From Mytilus californianus (lineage: Eukaryota), in the NCBI RefSeq assembly GCF_021869535.1, contig NW_026262581.1, positions 132,990,001 to 133,054,000 on the forward strand: a stretch of 64,000 nt of DNA, given 5' to 3'. A model generated the notes under the pieces. It worked only from the letters and a program-made list of their open reading frames with translations, searched no databases and was not told where the DNA came from. Shown here piece after piece: positions 1 to 13,400 of the stretch (positions are counted from its first letter, which is position 1; the number at the start of each line of letters is the position of its first letter). Made by a program: the position numbers and the translations under genes.

Positions 1-857
1 TGGTAAAACTTAACAATTGCATTACAAATATCAATCCTGCATCACAAGATTTTATTATTGAGTGTGTTTATTAAACGTCAAATGTTAAAACTAAAACTGT
101 GCAGGTGGAACTCTGGTAAAACCACCAATTAATTTCTGTATCAGTCCGTTATTATCTTACATTTCTTGTGTACATTCTAATGTTTGTATTGTGATTTGAT
201 GTTAGAAAGGAAAGCTAATGTTCAACATTTTAAAGTTGATTGACAAACAACTCATTTCACAAAAAATCATACCAGAAAAAATTCTTGTAAGTCATGAACA
301 ATTCATTTTAACTTACGATTAATTTTTGTCGTAAGATTTTTGGTGATAAGAGCCCCTGAAGAAAGTACATTACCACATGTATGATTTTGACCTAGAAATA
401 AATTTCTGTCCAACATGTCATCATTTTGTTACAATGTGGTAAAGGTTTTTCCCACAACAGGAAGGAAACCGCATAAGACTCCATAGTCTCTGAGATAACT
501 TTTACCTGGGGAAATATAAACCTATTGTATTGACTCAGTATTAGTACAATTTTATAATTGATTTAAAGACATAATCATTTAGCAGTAGGATTTTGTAACT
601 AAACTTTGAAAGACTTTGGGGCAATATCATGTTTGATTTATTGTATTGACACTTTTCTTTTGTTGATGCGTGGGTTGACCTTCAGATGTCTTTTTTTTTT
701 TTTTTTTGTACTGTTGAGTTACTGTCTCAGTAATACTATACACCACATCTCTTTTTATTCATACAAAAGGCATTATTTAATAAGTGACAAAAACTTCCAT
801 ATTATCAACAGTCATATGACATCAGTTATGAGGACATTAGAATAAAAAAAAAAAACA

Positions 858-1050
858 TTAGGCCATTAGCCTTCTCTTTTGAATTGTTTTACATTTTTCA
901 TTTTGGGGTCTTTTATAGCTATGCGGTATTGGTTTTGCTCATTGTTGAAGGCCATACAATGACCTATAGTTGTTAACTTCTACGTCATTTGGTCTCTGGT
1001 GGAGATTTGTCTCATTGGCAATCATACCACATCTTCTTATTTTTATATTC
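858..1050 (+). repeat. dispersed repeat family copy (TTGTCTCATTGGCAATCATAC core)
   Basis: The same core is at ~4700-4722 and ~49880-49900, and inverted at ~53155-53195. Confidence 0.75.
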
Positions 1051-1404
1051 CTTTTTTAAAGATTTCATTATTTATATTTTTCATGGGCAGATTTTACCTT
1101 TAGAACAGACAGTTATTGAATGTGGTATCGGTAAGAGATAGGACCCTTTTTCTACACATGTATAGCACTTTTAATATTTTGTCTGCTATTGTTTTTAACT
1201 GTAAACACAAAAAAAGGACCATTTTAATTTGACTTTCACATTGTTTTCATGCAATCAACTTGCACTGGTCACAACACTGCAAAACTATTTTTTAATCAGA
1301 ATTGGTGATCATTGTCTAAAGAAGTTGTAAAATTTCAATTTATACTATCATTAAATCATGACACAAACACACTGCTTGTATATCATATCGTTCTCTCTTT
1401 CCAG

Positions 1405-1498
1405 TTTAAAAGAATGCTGAACAGAGAACTGAGTCATTTTGCTGAATCAAGTAAATCTGGAAACCAAATAGCAGAATATATATGTAATACATATCTAG
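1405..1498 (+). CDS. PDE4: PDE4 exon (UCR2 C-terminal half, 94 bp)
   Basis: ttccag|TTTAAAAGAATG...TATCTAG|gtaggt; encodes [31 protein letters not shown]. Confidence 0.93.
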
Positions 1499-4400
1499 GT
1501 AGGTACACTATGTGAAATGGTCAACATGTAAACATTGGAATATACATGAAATACATATCTGAAGTCATATCTAGGTGAGTACTCTTTGTGAAATGGACAA
1601 CAGAAGAATAAGGATGTAATATATCCAGGATAGTACAGGCTGGGATAAGTCACACATACTAAGTGGGACCTACATGTAACATATAACATTGCATACCTTA
1701 TTCAGTGAGTACAGACATGAAAACTGTTATAAAAATATAAACTAAAACATTTGTACAACAGGGAAAGATGTCATAAATTGGTAAAGAAAAACATAATAAA
1801 GGTATCATAAATATAGGGATATTTGATTTGGTGTGGAAGTATGACTCCATATGCAGAAAGTTCATAAGTAAAGTGGTATTTCAAACCCACCTTTTTATTG
1901 TAATATTGTTTAAAGAGTAAACAAGTATTAGAATTGTCCTTTAAATATTTCTTTGGGGAGGGCTTAACATACTAATTAATAAAATGTAAATAAGAATAAA
2001 CCCAGTAATTTAGATCTTAAATCAGCGTCAGACTGAACTCGTTAACTCAGAGCATAGGACAGAGCTAACTGTGTTACACAAAATGTATGAGAGGATCGTT
2101 AACACAGAGCATAGGACAGAGTTAACTGTGTTACACAAAATGTATGAGAGGATCGTTAACTCAGAGCATAGGACAGAGTTAACTGTGTTACACAAAATGT
2201 ATGAGAGGATCGCTAACACAGAGCATAGGACAGAGTTAACTGTGTTACACAAAATGTATGAGAGGATCGTTAACACAGAACATAGGACAGAGTTAACTGT
2301 TACACAAAATGTATGAGAGGATCGTTAACACAGAGCATAGGACAGAGTTAACTGTGTTACACAAACTGTATGAGAGGATCGTTAACACACAGCATAGGAC
2401 AGAGTTAACTGTGTTGCACAAAATGTATGAGAGGACACAGAGCATAGGACAGAGTTAACTGTGTTACACAAAATGTATGAGAGGACACAGAGCATAGGAC
2501 AGAGTTAACTGTGTTACACAAAATGTATGAGAGGATCGTTAACACAGAGCATAAGACAGAGTTAACTGTGTTACACAAAATGTATGAGAGATCATACAAA
2601 ACAAAGAATATAATGCAGGATCATGCTAAACTGATCTGGCAGATATAAATAATATACATGTAATTATTGTACACTTTAAACAAACATACTGTAAAAAGAA
2701 CTTAATATCCATTTTATTATTTGTTAATATGGCTTTTGTGGGGAAAATTTTAGTTTGATATAAACTTTTATTAAGGATGCATTATTGATAAAAAAAAATT
2801 ATGAGTTGCATCTATGAAAAGGTTTATTTGAAAATTAATGCATCTTATTTTAGAAAAATGGGAGGACACTATTAGAATCGGGAAATGCGCAACAGCTTTA
2901 TTTTTTAAAGGAAAATTGCAATGGGAGATATTTTACCAATTATAAACTAATGAAGTTTGAACCCTGCTTAATTAAGTGGTTTGGTGGTTCTTTTAGAAAC
3001 ACATTTACAGAAAAAAATTACTTTTCATAAAAAAAAATTACTTTTCATAAAAAAAAATTAATTTTCTTATTTCATTAACATGGAAAACTTTAAAAAAAAA
3101 ATTAAAACATTGGGGATGAAAGGGTTAAATATTTCATAAAAGAACAGATGTTGCATGTATATAACAATTTTTTGTACATTAAATTATTTTCTGTATGTTC
3201 TTTCACAGAACTTGAAGGTTTTCTGTTTCTCATTTCTTGACCAATATCTTATAATGGCTGTTTGTGTGCAGTGCGGTAGGGTCAGTTGTGATGATAGCCA
3301 AGCAAAATATGCTTTAATTATTGGAAACTATATGCTAATATCATTTCTTTTGCCCTGTATTATTTTATCAGATGCATATGTCAGGAAAGAATAATATTTT
3401 GCACACAGAAGTGATGGGGGAGCAATTCTTGATGAAAGTCCAAAATAACAAAAATTTGCTTCAAAGGCAGGAGAAAAAAATAAACCAAGAAATCATTAGA
3501 CATAAAATTTTGCCAAAATATCAAATGATTTTTTTATACTCATGATAGTTTTTATGTTGTAAGCTTTATAAAATGTACAAAATGTACGTGACATACTATT
3601 CATATTATTGAATTTATCTCAAAGTTAAAATTTCAAATCTGTGACGTAATCAGGATCTATATTAAAAAGATAGTGAGGTTTACAAAATCTGCTTATCCAA
3701 AAACAGGAGCACATGCATGGAGTTATTTTGTAAATGTTATACTTAATGTAACTTATAATTTCAAAGATGAATTTTGATAATTGTTCCAAATTTTGAATGC
3801 AATTTCTTATCAAATAAATTTATTAATTAGTATGCCAACATGTGAAAGTTAGAAATGTTAGGTTCATCTATGTCACCTGATGTGAAAATTAGTCCTGAAA
3901 TAAATTAATATGTCACATTGCCCCTTTTTCTTATAAAATGATGTTGTCTGACATTTTAATGGAAATGAGACAAAAGAAGAGACTTTTGTATGGTTTACAA
4001 TTTGTAAGATTTCATCTAACTAAATGGCATCACATAAGACATCTCTATTTCTAGCATTTCTAAGATTTCATGAAATGTCAGACTTAACTTGATCAGAAAA
4101 GAATTAAACATCTTCTCACTTTAACCTTGTTTTTCTGTACTTTCTTGAACGCCTAGGTTAGAATTACAGAAACAAGATAAAAATCAATATAGGCTTTGGA
4201 TGTATCTATCATGGAGAGATGAATAGGTTTATTACCCCCATTCTAGCAACGTTTCCTTGTCCTCAATTCAACTTCATACAAATGAGATGCAAAAGCAATT
4301 TGCATATTTAATTACAGATGTTAATCAACAAGTAATAAATTAAATTATGATGAGCGTTTCCGTTGACATTAGTTTGAACGCTAGAAAAAAGTTGTTGCCA

Positions 4401-7400
4401 CAGTGTAATCAAAGTTCTCATTCATAAATTGAGTCATATAAAGATGTCGATTTTTTGTCTGGATCTATCTGTCAAATATACTATTTATTATATGTAAACA
4501 TGTATAGTTATTGTCTGGATTTTGGATCATTGAAGCTATACTGAACACAGATGGTATGGCAAAATTAGAAAAGGGAGATACATGTAACTAAAAATACAAA
4601 CATTAATATAAATGTATGAGTTTTTTTTTTCCCATTGTTGAAGGTCAAACAGTGATTTCTAATTGTTTAAATCCATGTCATTTTAAACTCTGGTGGATAG
4701 TTGTCTCATTGGCAATCATACTACTTATCCTTAATTTTATAAAGAATAAGTTAATGCTATATTACTTGAAATTCTGAAATGTGGTGACATCGGACTCAGA
4801 CTTTTTTTAAACCAGAGGCGGATTCAGGCAGGGGTGTGGCAGGTGTGGGCCCCCCTAAAATTTGCAAAGCATGGGTTGTCCTCAGCTTAATAAAGAATAT
4901 TTCGATAATTTTACCTCAAAAAAATTTAAGTTTGTGCCCCCCCTAACCTAAAATCCTGGATCCCTCACTGTAAACTGAGTTTTACTGTGCATATTGCTGT
5001 GTGTTTGTTTTTTCTACATTGGCTATAGGTATAGGGGGAGGGTTGAGATCTCACAAAACATGTTTAACCCCGCCGCATTTTTGCGCCTGTCCCAAGTCAG
5101 GTGCTCTGGCCTTTGTTAGTCTTGTATGTTTTTTAATTTTAGTTCATTTATATGTTTCGGAGTTTAGTGTGACGTCCATTTTCATTGAACTAGTACACAT
5201 TTTTGTTTAGGGGCAAGCTGAAGCCCGCCTCCGGTTGCAGGATTTTCTTGCTTTGTTGAAGACCCATTGGTGGCCTTCGGCTGTTTTCTGCCCTTTGGTC
5301 ATGTTGTTGTCTCTTTGACACATTCCCCATTTCCATTCTCAATTTTATTGGATGTTGAAAAAGATTGATAGGTGATTGACCACACACCAGTTAACCTAGG
5401 AATCTGTCTTAAGGGTATTACTGGAATGTTTAGAGATCCTAGCACTCTCTGAAGAGTATTTACTGGAATGTTCAGAGATCCTAGCACTGTCTGATGAGTA
5501 TTTACTGGAATGTTTAGAGATCCCAGCACTCTCTGAAGAGTATTTACTGGAATGTTCAGAGATCCCAGCACTCTGAAGAGTATTTACTGGAATGTTCAGA
5601 GATCCTAGCACTCTTTGAAGAGTATTTACTGGAATGTTCAGAGATCCTAGCACTGTCTGATGAGTATTTACTGGAATGTTTAGAGATCCTAGCACACTCT
5701 GAAGAGTATTTACTGGAATGTTCAGAGATCCTAGCACTCTCTGAAGAGTATTTACTGGAATGTTCAGATATCCTAGCACTCTCTGAAGAGTATTTACTGG
5801 AATGTTCCGAGATCCCAGCACTCTCTGAAGAGTATTTACTGGAATGTTCAGAGTTCCTAGCACTCACGGATTTAATTTCCCCAATCAGACCAGACATGGC
5901 TTTGTATTTATACATTCTCTACAGCCAAACAGTGTAGCTTTCAGTGATGGTCTTGCTGAAAAACAAATAAAATTCTAGACAGCCATATTTCTACAGTCCA
6001 GGTAGCATTGTTGTTTCTTTTAGGGGGGGGGGGGGGGGGAGGTTAAGATTTTTGCATATTTCAACTCTTCAGTACAGATTTCCTCTTTATTTTGGATATC
6101 AGGTCTACATGAGTGACTTTTCAAATATTCAACTGCCACTTACCTCTTATTATTATTTGATGGTTTTTGCCTGCATGATATGGTAATGAAAAGTCTTTTA
6201 AAGTGCATAAAATTCTGGCATTCACAAATCTGTCCATCAGATTTGACATTTATTCATTTCTCCCACGCTGAATTTCCATTCATTAATATTTATATTTTTG
6301 TAATATTCATTAATGACAACTCTTATGTCATGAGAATTTTTATTTTTATAAGAAAATGACATGTACTACAGTCGGTACACATATGGCCAATAATCAACTA
6401 CTTGCAATGAAAACTGAAAATTTGATTATTTTTCCAAAGTTTTTTCAACTGTATAAATATATTTACATGTTAGATAAGGATTAACCAGCTTTCATTATCT
6501 TAAGAATGTTCGCAGCTCTGTTTCAAAATACCAAGCTTTTTAAAAGACAGTCATAAATTGATAGTATATAAATAAGATAGGTAAAAAGCAGAAAAAAAAT
6601 AAAGGTTCATGTCTTTGTTTTTGAGATGTAAGCCATTGAAAATATGACAGGAAATGATTCTCTACAGATTTTTCATTTATTTAACATTGTCACCTTTTTT
6701 CTTTCAAAAACTATTCAAAATAACAAGGATTTATATAAGATTTTCAAAAATGGCTTTTTAAACCATATGTAATAAAATTATGAAAAGAATAGTAGGGGTC
6801 AGCGGGCAAAATTTTTAATGGCACTGCATGGACAAAACTAGAGGATTCCTTATATTTAAAATAAAGTAAAAACAAAATCAGCAAACATGATGCCAAATTA
6901 GTTAAATGGCATGTAGTAAAACAAAGATACAGATCACAGAGAATTTCTTTCAGCCAAACATTTTGTTTGTTCTTTTTCTTTTCGGATATGCAACTCATCT
7001 CACCTCCCAGTTCATTCACACACAAATTGTACAATGTAACCAGCAGTTACAAAGACAAATTAAACATAATTTCTCAAATATTACTACAAAAGAAAAAAAA
7101 GGATAGTTAACTATAATTCATTTCTGAAAAAATTCGAAAAATCTTGAATGTTATTTTTTTTTAAAGTCTTGTGATATTATATTTTTAAAAGATGTTATTA
7201 TTTTTTTTTCTTTAAAAAAATTTTGAATGTAATTTTTTTCTCTCTGTATTATCATTTGTAAGAACAATAACACCAATTATTATTTGAACCTGATTATGAC
7301 AGAATTGTTATTTTTTTTTTAAAGATTTGGTTTGATAAAGTGACAATACAGATAAATTCATGTCTTGTCACTTTATTTGTCTTACCTTGTCAATATTTGA

Positions 7401-10400
7401 TAGAACAGATGGTTTATGAAAATTAAATGTCAAATGTTTTTAGATAAAAAGCCAAATTTATTATCTTTTGAACTAAGAAGAGAAATCAAAGGTATTGTTT
7501 AAAGTGTGAAATTTTTTTTATTTTATTTTTTTTTGTGTTTAAAACAATAATGTGACATTAGTGATATAATGTGTGAACTGTTCGTGCCATCCTTAATGTT
7601 AATGATACCATGGAACATGTCGTCTTAATTTTAATGATACCATATGCATGGAACATGTCAAGTCTTAATTTTTAGACTAATTTCATTTTAATTTTGCTGT
7701 GTATATCTGATTTTTCATAATTATTATAAGAAAAATTTACATACTTTCATTTTGTTATGAATTTGAATATGAAAGTTATTCATCCTTTAGATTTTTTGTA
7801 TGTTGAAATGAACAACAGCTTTTAAAAGAAATACGTTATCAAATATATTCATCTCGCTTGGAATTAAGAGTCAGAAACCTAACAGACAATACAATAGAAA
7901 ATAGAAAAAGATAAAAAAAAAATTAAATCACAAAAATACTGAACTCCGAGGAAAATTCAAAACGGAAAGTCCCTAATCAAATGGCAAAATCAAAAGCACA
8001 AACACATCAAACGAATGGACAACAACTGTCATATTCCTGACTTGGTACAGGCATTTTCTTATGTAGAAAATGGTGGATTGAACCTGGTTTTATATAAAGG
8101 ATGGTTGAATGACCCCTTAACCTTAATGTCTACTTTTCTGTCCTCAATAATTTGTTCTAGTCAAGAGCTCTGATCCAGTGCTGCTGTAATTAGATTTCTC
8201 ATTTCTGTGTCACTGCATCAACCTTTTTATCAACAAAAAGATAATTGCATTTTTAATGTTGTCACTGAAATGACCTTTTCAAACACCAAAAGATAATGGA
8301 ATTTTCACTTAGTGATTTTCTCCAATGACATTTGCAATCACCAATTTCCTGTTGAAGTCACATCAGTGGAATGGTCTGTCTGTTATGGCATTGACATTTA
8401 TTGTCGGTATGTAAATTCACTTTTACCAGGGTACTTATATTTTGTCTTGCATAAAAGAGAGAAGAAATTATGTCATGTGACAATGAGCTGAACTATGAGT
8501 GGTCAGTTAATAAAGTTCAACAGCCCTGTAAGATTTATTGTAAGTCTCCCAGATCAAACACTTGAATTAATCCTGGTGTTCCACAGAGTCGATTTAATCC
8601 ATCGGTGATTGAACTAAAAAGGATAATAGATATTGATTAGATGAGGTTAATTGGTTGATTGACAAAAACAACATAATAATGGTCAGGCCATTACCGATAG
8701 TATATTCCAAAGAGAGTGAAAATTGCCCTTGTTTAAATGACATTAAATTAGTATTTTCTATCCGACTGTAGATATCAAACTGTATAAGTAGATACAAATA
8801 TCTTCAGAAATGATTTACAAACTTAAAATAAATTCTCACTGAATTAAAAAATTTAAATTTAGTATCTGTACACAAGGACTTTAAAACCAGGTGTATCTGT
8901 CAGAGAAATTAATCTTTTTTCTCTCACATACACCAACTTAAAAGAAATGAAAATATTGATTATTAGGTATGAGGTTAATGAAGAAATGAGACATGGTTTA
9001 TAACTTAACAAATAAGTAAGATAAGTGAGACGATAAGTGAGACGGAAGTATTTTTTTCCATGTACTATTTACAATAATGTTGGCAGGAAGATATTTTTTA
9101 CACTCCCATTTCTTAGAATGTGAACAAAGACTTGACAACCTAATTGATAAAACATTGAATGATCAGAAATCAAATCATGCTTTGGGTGCAATGAGGGAAA
9201 TACCGTCTGTCCCTCCTACCCAAATATACTTTCCATACATTTCATGATAGTTCAATGTTATATTTACTGTAATATTATTTGACTTATATCTTATTAGTGA
9301 AACTTTAGCTCAACATTTTCATGCACTGCAAGAAGTTGAACTCCAAACTTTTTTAAGTTTATACAATAATTTTTTTTATCTTATCCTGATATATATTTTC
9401 ATGAATGAAATTTGATTTTGTTTAAGACTATAAAGTTTGAGAGAAAAAAAGTTGGTTGTATTACATACTCCTTTGCTTTGTGTTTATATATATAGGTAAT
9501 TGATAATTTGGCTGTTATCAGTGTGATGGTGCTGATGTTATTATTGTGGTTTGTTATATTATAAAAGTTGTACTTGGAGAGACTTTTAACCTGATTTTCT
9601 CTGTTGGATTCATTTAAGACATGTTTATTTCAAAACATTATACTGCATGATATTCATAATGCTTGTTCATCCTTAAGGCTATATGGTAAGGCTATATGGT
9701 GTTTAAGTCCTCTAGCTGTTTATTTTATGGTGTTAAGTTCTCTAGGTACCTATTTTATGGTGTTTAGTCCTCTAGGTATTTGTGATTAGTCCTTTAGGTG
9801 TTTATTTTATTATGTTTAGTCCTCTTAGTGTTTATTATACAACTATATTGTGTTAAATAGTCCTCTAGATGTATATTTTACAATTATATGGTGTTTTAGT
9901 TTAATTCTAGATGTTTATTGTACGACTATATGGTGTTTAGTCCTCTAGGTGTTTAATCTATGACTGTATGATGTTTGTTCCTCTAGGTGTTTATTTTATG
10001 ACTACATGTATATGGTGTATTGTCCTCTGGGTGCTTATTGTAAGACTGCATGGTGTTTAGTCCTCTTAAGTGTTTTTGGGGGGATTGTATTGTGTTTAGT
10101 CCTCTAGGTGTCTTTTTTACGACTATGGTGTTTATTCCTCTAGGTGTTTAATTTATGACTATATGGTGTGAAGTTTTCTAGGTGTTTATTTTACAACTGT
10201 ATGGTGTTAAGTCCTCTAGGTATCATTTTTACTACTATATGGTGTTTAGTTCTCTAGGTGAACTCTCATTTTTGTTGAGCCTGCAACTTTTGTCGCAGAA
10301 AGTTCGACATAGGGATAGTGATCTGGCGGGGCCGGTGGCGGCGTTAGCTAACTTATTAAAAGCTTTATATTTTCCAAGGTGGAAGACCAGGATGCTTCAT

Positions 10401-13400
10401 ACTTTGTATATAGATGCCTTATGTTATGAAGATTCCGTCTGTCATATGTCCATTGTCCTTGACCTCATTTTCATGGTTCAGTTACTACTTGAAAAAAAGT
10501 TAAGATTTTTTGTAATGTTAATTTCTCTTTTATTATGAGTAATAGGATAACTATATTTAATATGTGCGTACCTTGCAAGGTCCTCGTGCCTGTCAGACAG
10601 TTTTCATCTGACCTCGACCTCATTTCATGGATCTGTGAACAAGGTTAAGTTTTCGTGGTCAAGTCCATATATCAGATACTATAAGCAATAGGACTTCTAT
10701 ATTTGGTGTATGGAATGATTGTAAGGTGTACATGTCCAACTGGCAGGTGTCATCTGACCTTGACCTCATTTTCATGGTTCAGTGGTTAAAGTTAAGTTTT
10801 TGTGTTTTGGTCTATTTTTTTTTTAAATTCTATATGCAATAGGTCAACTATATTTGGTGTATGGAAATATTTTACAATGTACATGTCAGTCTGGCAGGTT
10901 TTATTTGACCTTGACCTCATTTTCACGGTTCATTGCTCAGTGTGTAGTTTTTGTGTTTTGGTCTGTTTTTCTTAAACTATAACCAATAGGTCAACTACAT
11001 TTGAACAATGATTGTAAGGTGTATATGTCTGTCTGGCAGGTATCATCTGACCTTGACCTCATTTTCATGGTTCATTGGTCAATGTTAAGTTTTCATGGTT
11101 AAGTTTGTTTCTTAGATACTATAAATAATAGGTCAACTATATTTAATGCATAGATTGATTGTAAGGTGTTCATGTCTGTCTGGCATGGTTCATCTAACCT
11201 TGACCTTATTTTCATGGTTAATTGGTCAATGTTTTGTTTTCATGTTTTAGTCTGTTTCTTAGAAACTATAAGCAATATGTCAACTATATTTAGTGTATTG
11301 AATGATTGTAAGGTGTAGATGTATTTCCGGGTTGGTTTATCTGACCTTGACCTCATTTTCTTAGATCATGTTAAGTTTATGTGATACTTTCAGTAAAGCT
11401 TTATATTTAGGACTATCAATATAAAATCAATGGTCAGTAAAGAAGGCGAGACATTTCAGCGTGTGCACTCTTGTTTGTACAGTATCTGTTTTGTAACTTT
11501 TTAAATTTCTGATCTGTACCTATATTTGTACAGTATCTGTTTTGTAACTTTTTAAATTTCTGATCTGTACCTATATTTGTAAAGTATCTGTTTTGTAACT
11601 TTTTAAATTTCTGATCTGTAACTATATTTGTACAGTATCTGTTTTGTAACTTTTTAAATTTCTGATCTGTACCTATATTTGTACAGTATCTGTTTGGTAA
11701 CTTTTTAAATTTCTGATCTGTACCTATATTTGTACAGTATATGTTTTGTAACTTTTTAAATTTCTGATCTGTACCTATATTTGTACAGTATCTGTTTGGT
11801 AACTTTTTAAATTTCTGATCTGTACCTATATTTGTACAGTATCTGTTTGCTAACTTTTTAAATTTCTGATCTGTACCTATATTTGTACAGTATATGTTTT
11901 GTAACTTTTTAAATTTCTGATCTGTACCTATATTTGTACAGTATCTGTTTGGTAACTTTTTAAATTTCTGATCTGTACCTATATTTGTACAGTATATGTT
12001 TTGTAACTTTTTAAATTTCTGATCTGTACCTATATTTGTACAGTATCTGTTTGGTAACTTTTTAAATTTGTGATCTGTACCTATATTTGTACAGTATCAG
12101 TTTGGTAACTTCAAATTTCTGATCTGTACCTATATTTGTACAGTATCTGTTTTGTAACTTTTTAAATTTCTGATCTGTACCTATATTTGTACAGTATCTG
12201 TTTGGTAACTTTAAATTTCTGATCTGTACCTATATTTGTACAGTATCTGTTTGGTAACTTTAAATTTCTGATCTGTACCTATATTTGTACAGTATCTGTT
12301 TTGTAACTTTTTAAATTTGTGATCTGTACCTATATTTGTACAGTATCAGTTTGGTAACTTCAAATTTCTGATCTGTACCTATATTTGTACAGTATCTGTT
12401 TTGTAACTTTTTAAATTTCTGATCTGTACCTATATTTGTACAGTATCTGTTTGGTAACTTCAAATTTCTGATCTGTACCTATATTTGTACAGTATCTGTT
12501 TGGTAACTTCAAATTTCTGATCTGTACCTATATTTGTACAGTATCTGTTTGGTAACTTTTTAAATTTCTGATCTGTACCTATATTTGTACAGTATCTGTT
12601 TGGTAACTATCTTCAGACTATGAACTGTTTCATGGATGTAGGTGGTTAGACTTCATACACAATTTATATCACGTCTTTATTAATATTTATAAAAAGACTA
12701 GGATTTTACCAAAGAGTTAATGAGTTCTTAAGCATTATATGATAGTTATGTAAGTAAACTTATTGACGTAACGATGCACGGATGCCAACCTAAAGTACCA
12801 AGGAAATAATTGAGAAGAAAATTGCCAACATTAAAAGTGAAAAACCACAGTTTTCATCTGAGGTTATCAAGAATATAGAGAAGTAATCTAAGGAATTGAA
12901 GTCCAGGAAATGTAGGTAATAGAACTAACATCAAGCAAGAAACTGAATGTAATGAAGGAGATGATTCCATATTGTTGTAAATCTCTAACTTTCCTGCACC
13001 ATAATGAAAAGAGTTATAATATATACAAAATTTCTACTGATTTGTTTATAAAAAAAATTTGAAACTTAAATTTGATTAAAATCTCATTACATAACAACGT
13101 GTGGAAATTACTATCGACATGTACTTTGTAAAGAGATTTAAGATATTATACTCAAAAGTACCAGTCTACTTAAAAGTCAGACAATTAAAAGACACTCCAC
13201 TGTTATAGCAGATTTTGTTTAATTAGTCTATAGCTGATTCAAAATGTATGGTTTTATTAGGGTCATTTTATAGTACTTTTTTACAGTTTTTCATGAACAA
13301 TATACAATGTTTTTGTCATTTTGAAGAAATAACTGTCCTATTTATACAATTTTAAGTATTTCCTTTATACAATATGTTATTCGTGTTTAAAAACCTTATT

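Noticed and set aside
2028-5915. Repetitive ORFs at 2028-2599 and 5299-5915
   Set aside because: In-frame translations of the 57-bp and 42-bp minisatellites inside the PDE4 intron.
6022-6040. Long G homopolymers (here and ~55893-55908)
   Set aside because: Simple mononucleotide runs with error-prone length and no supporting context.
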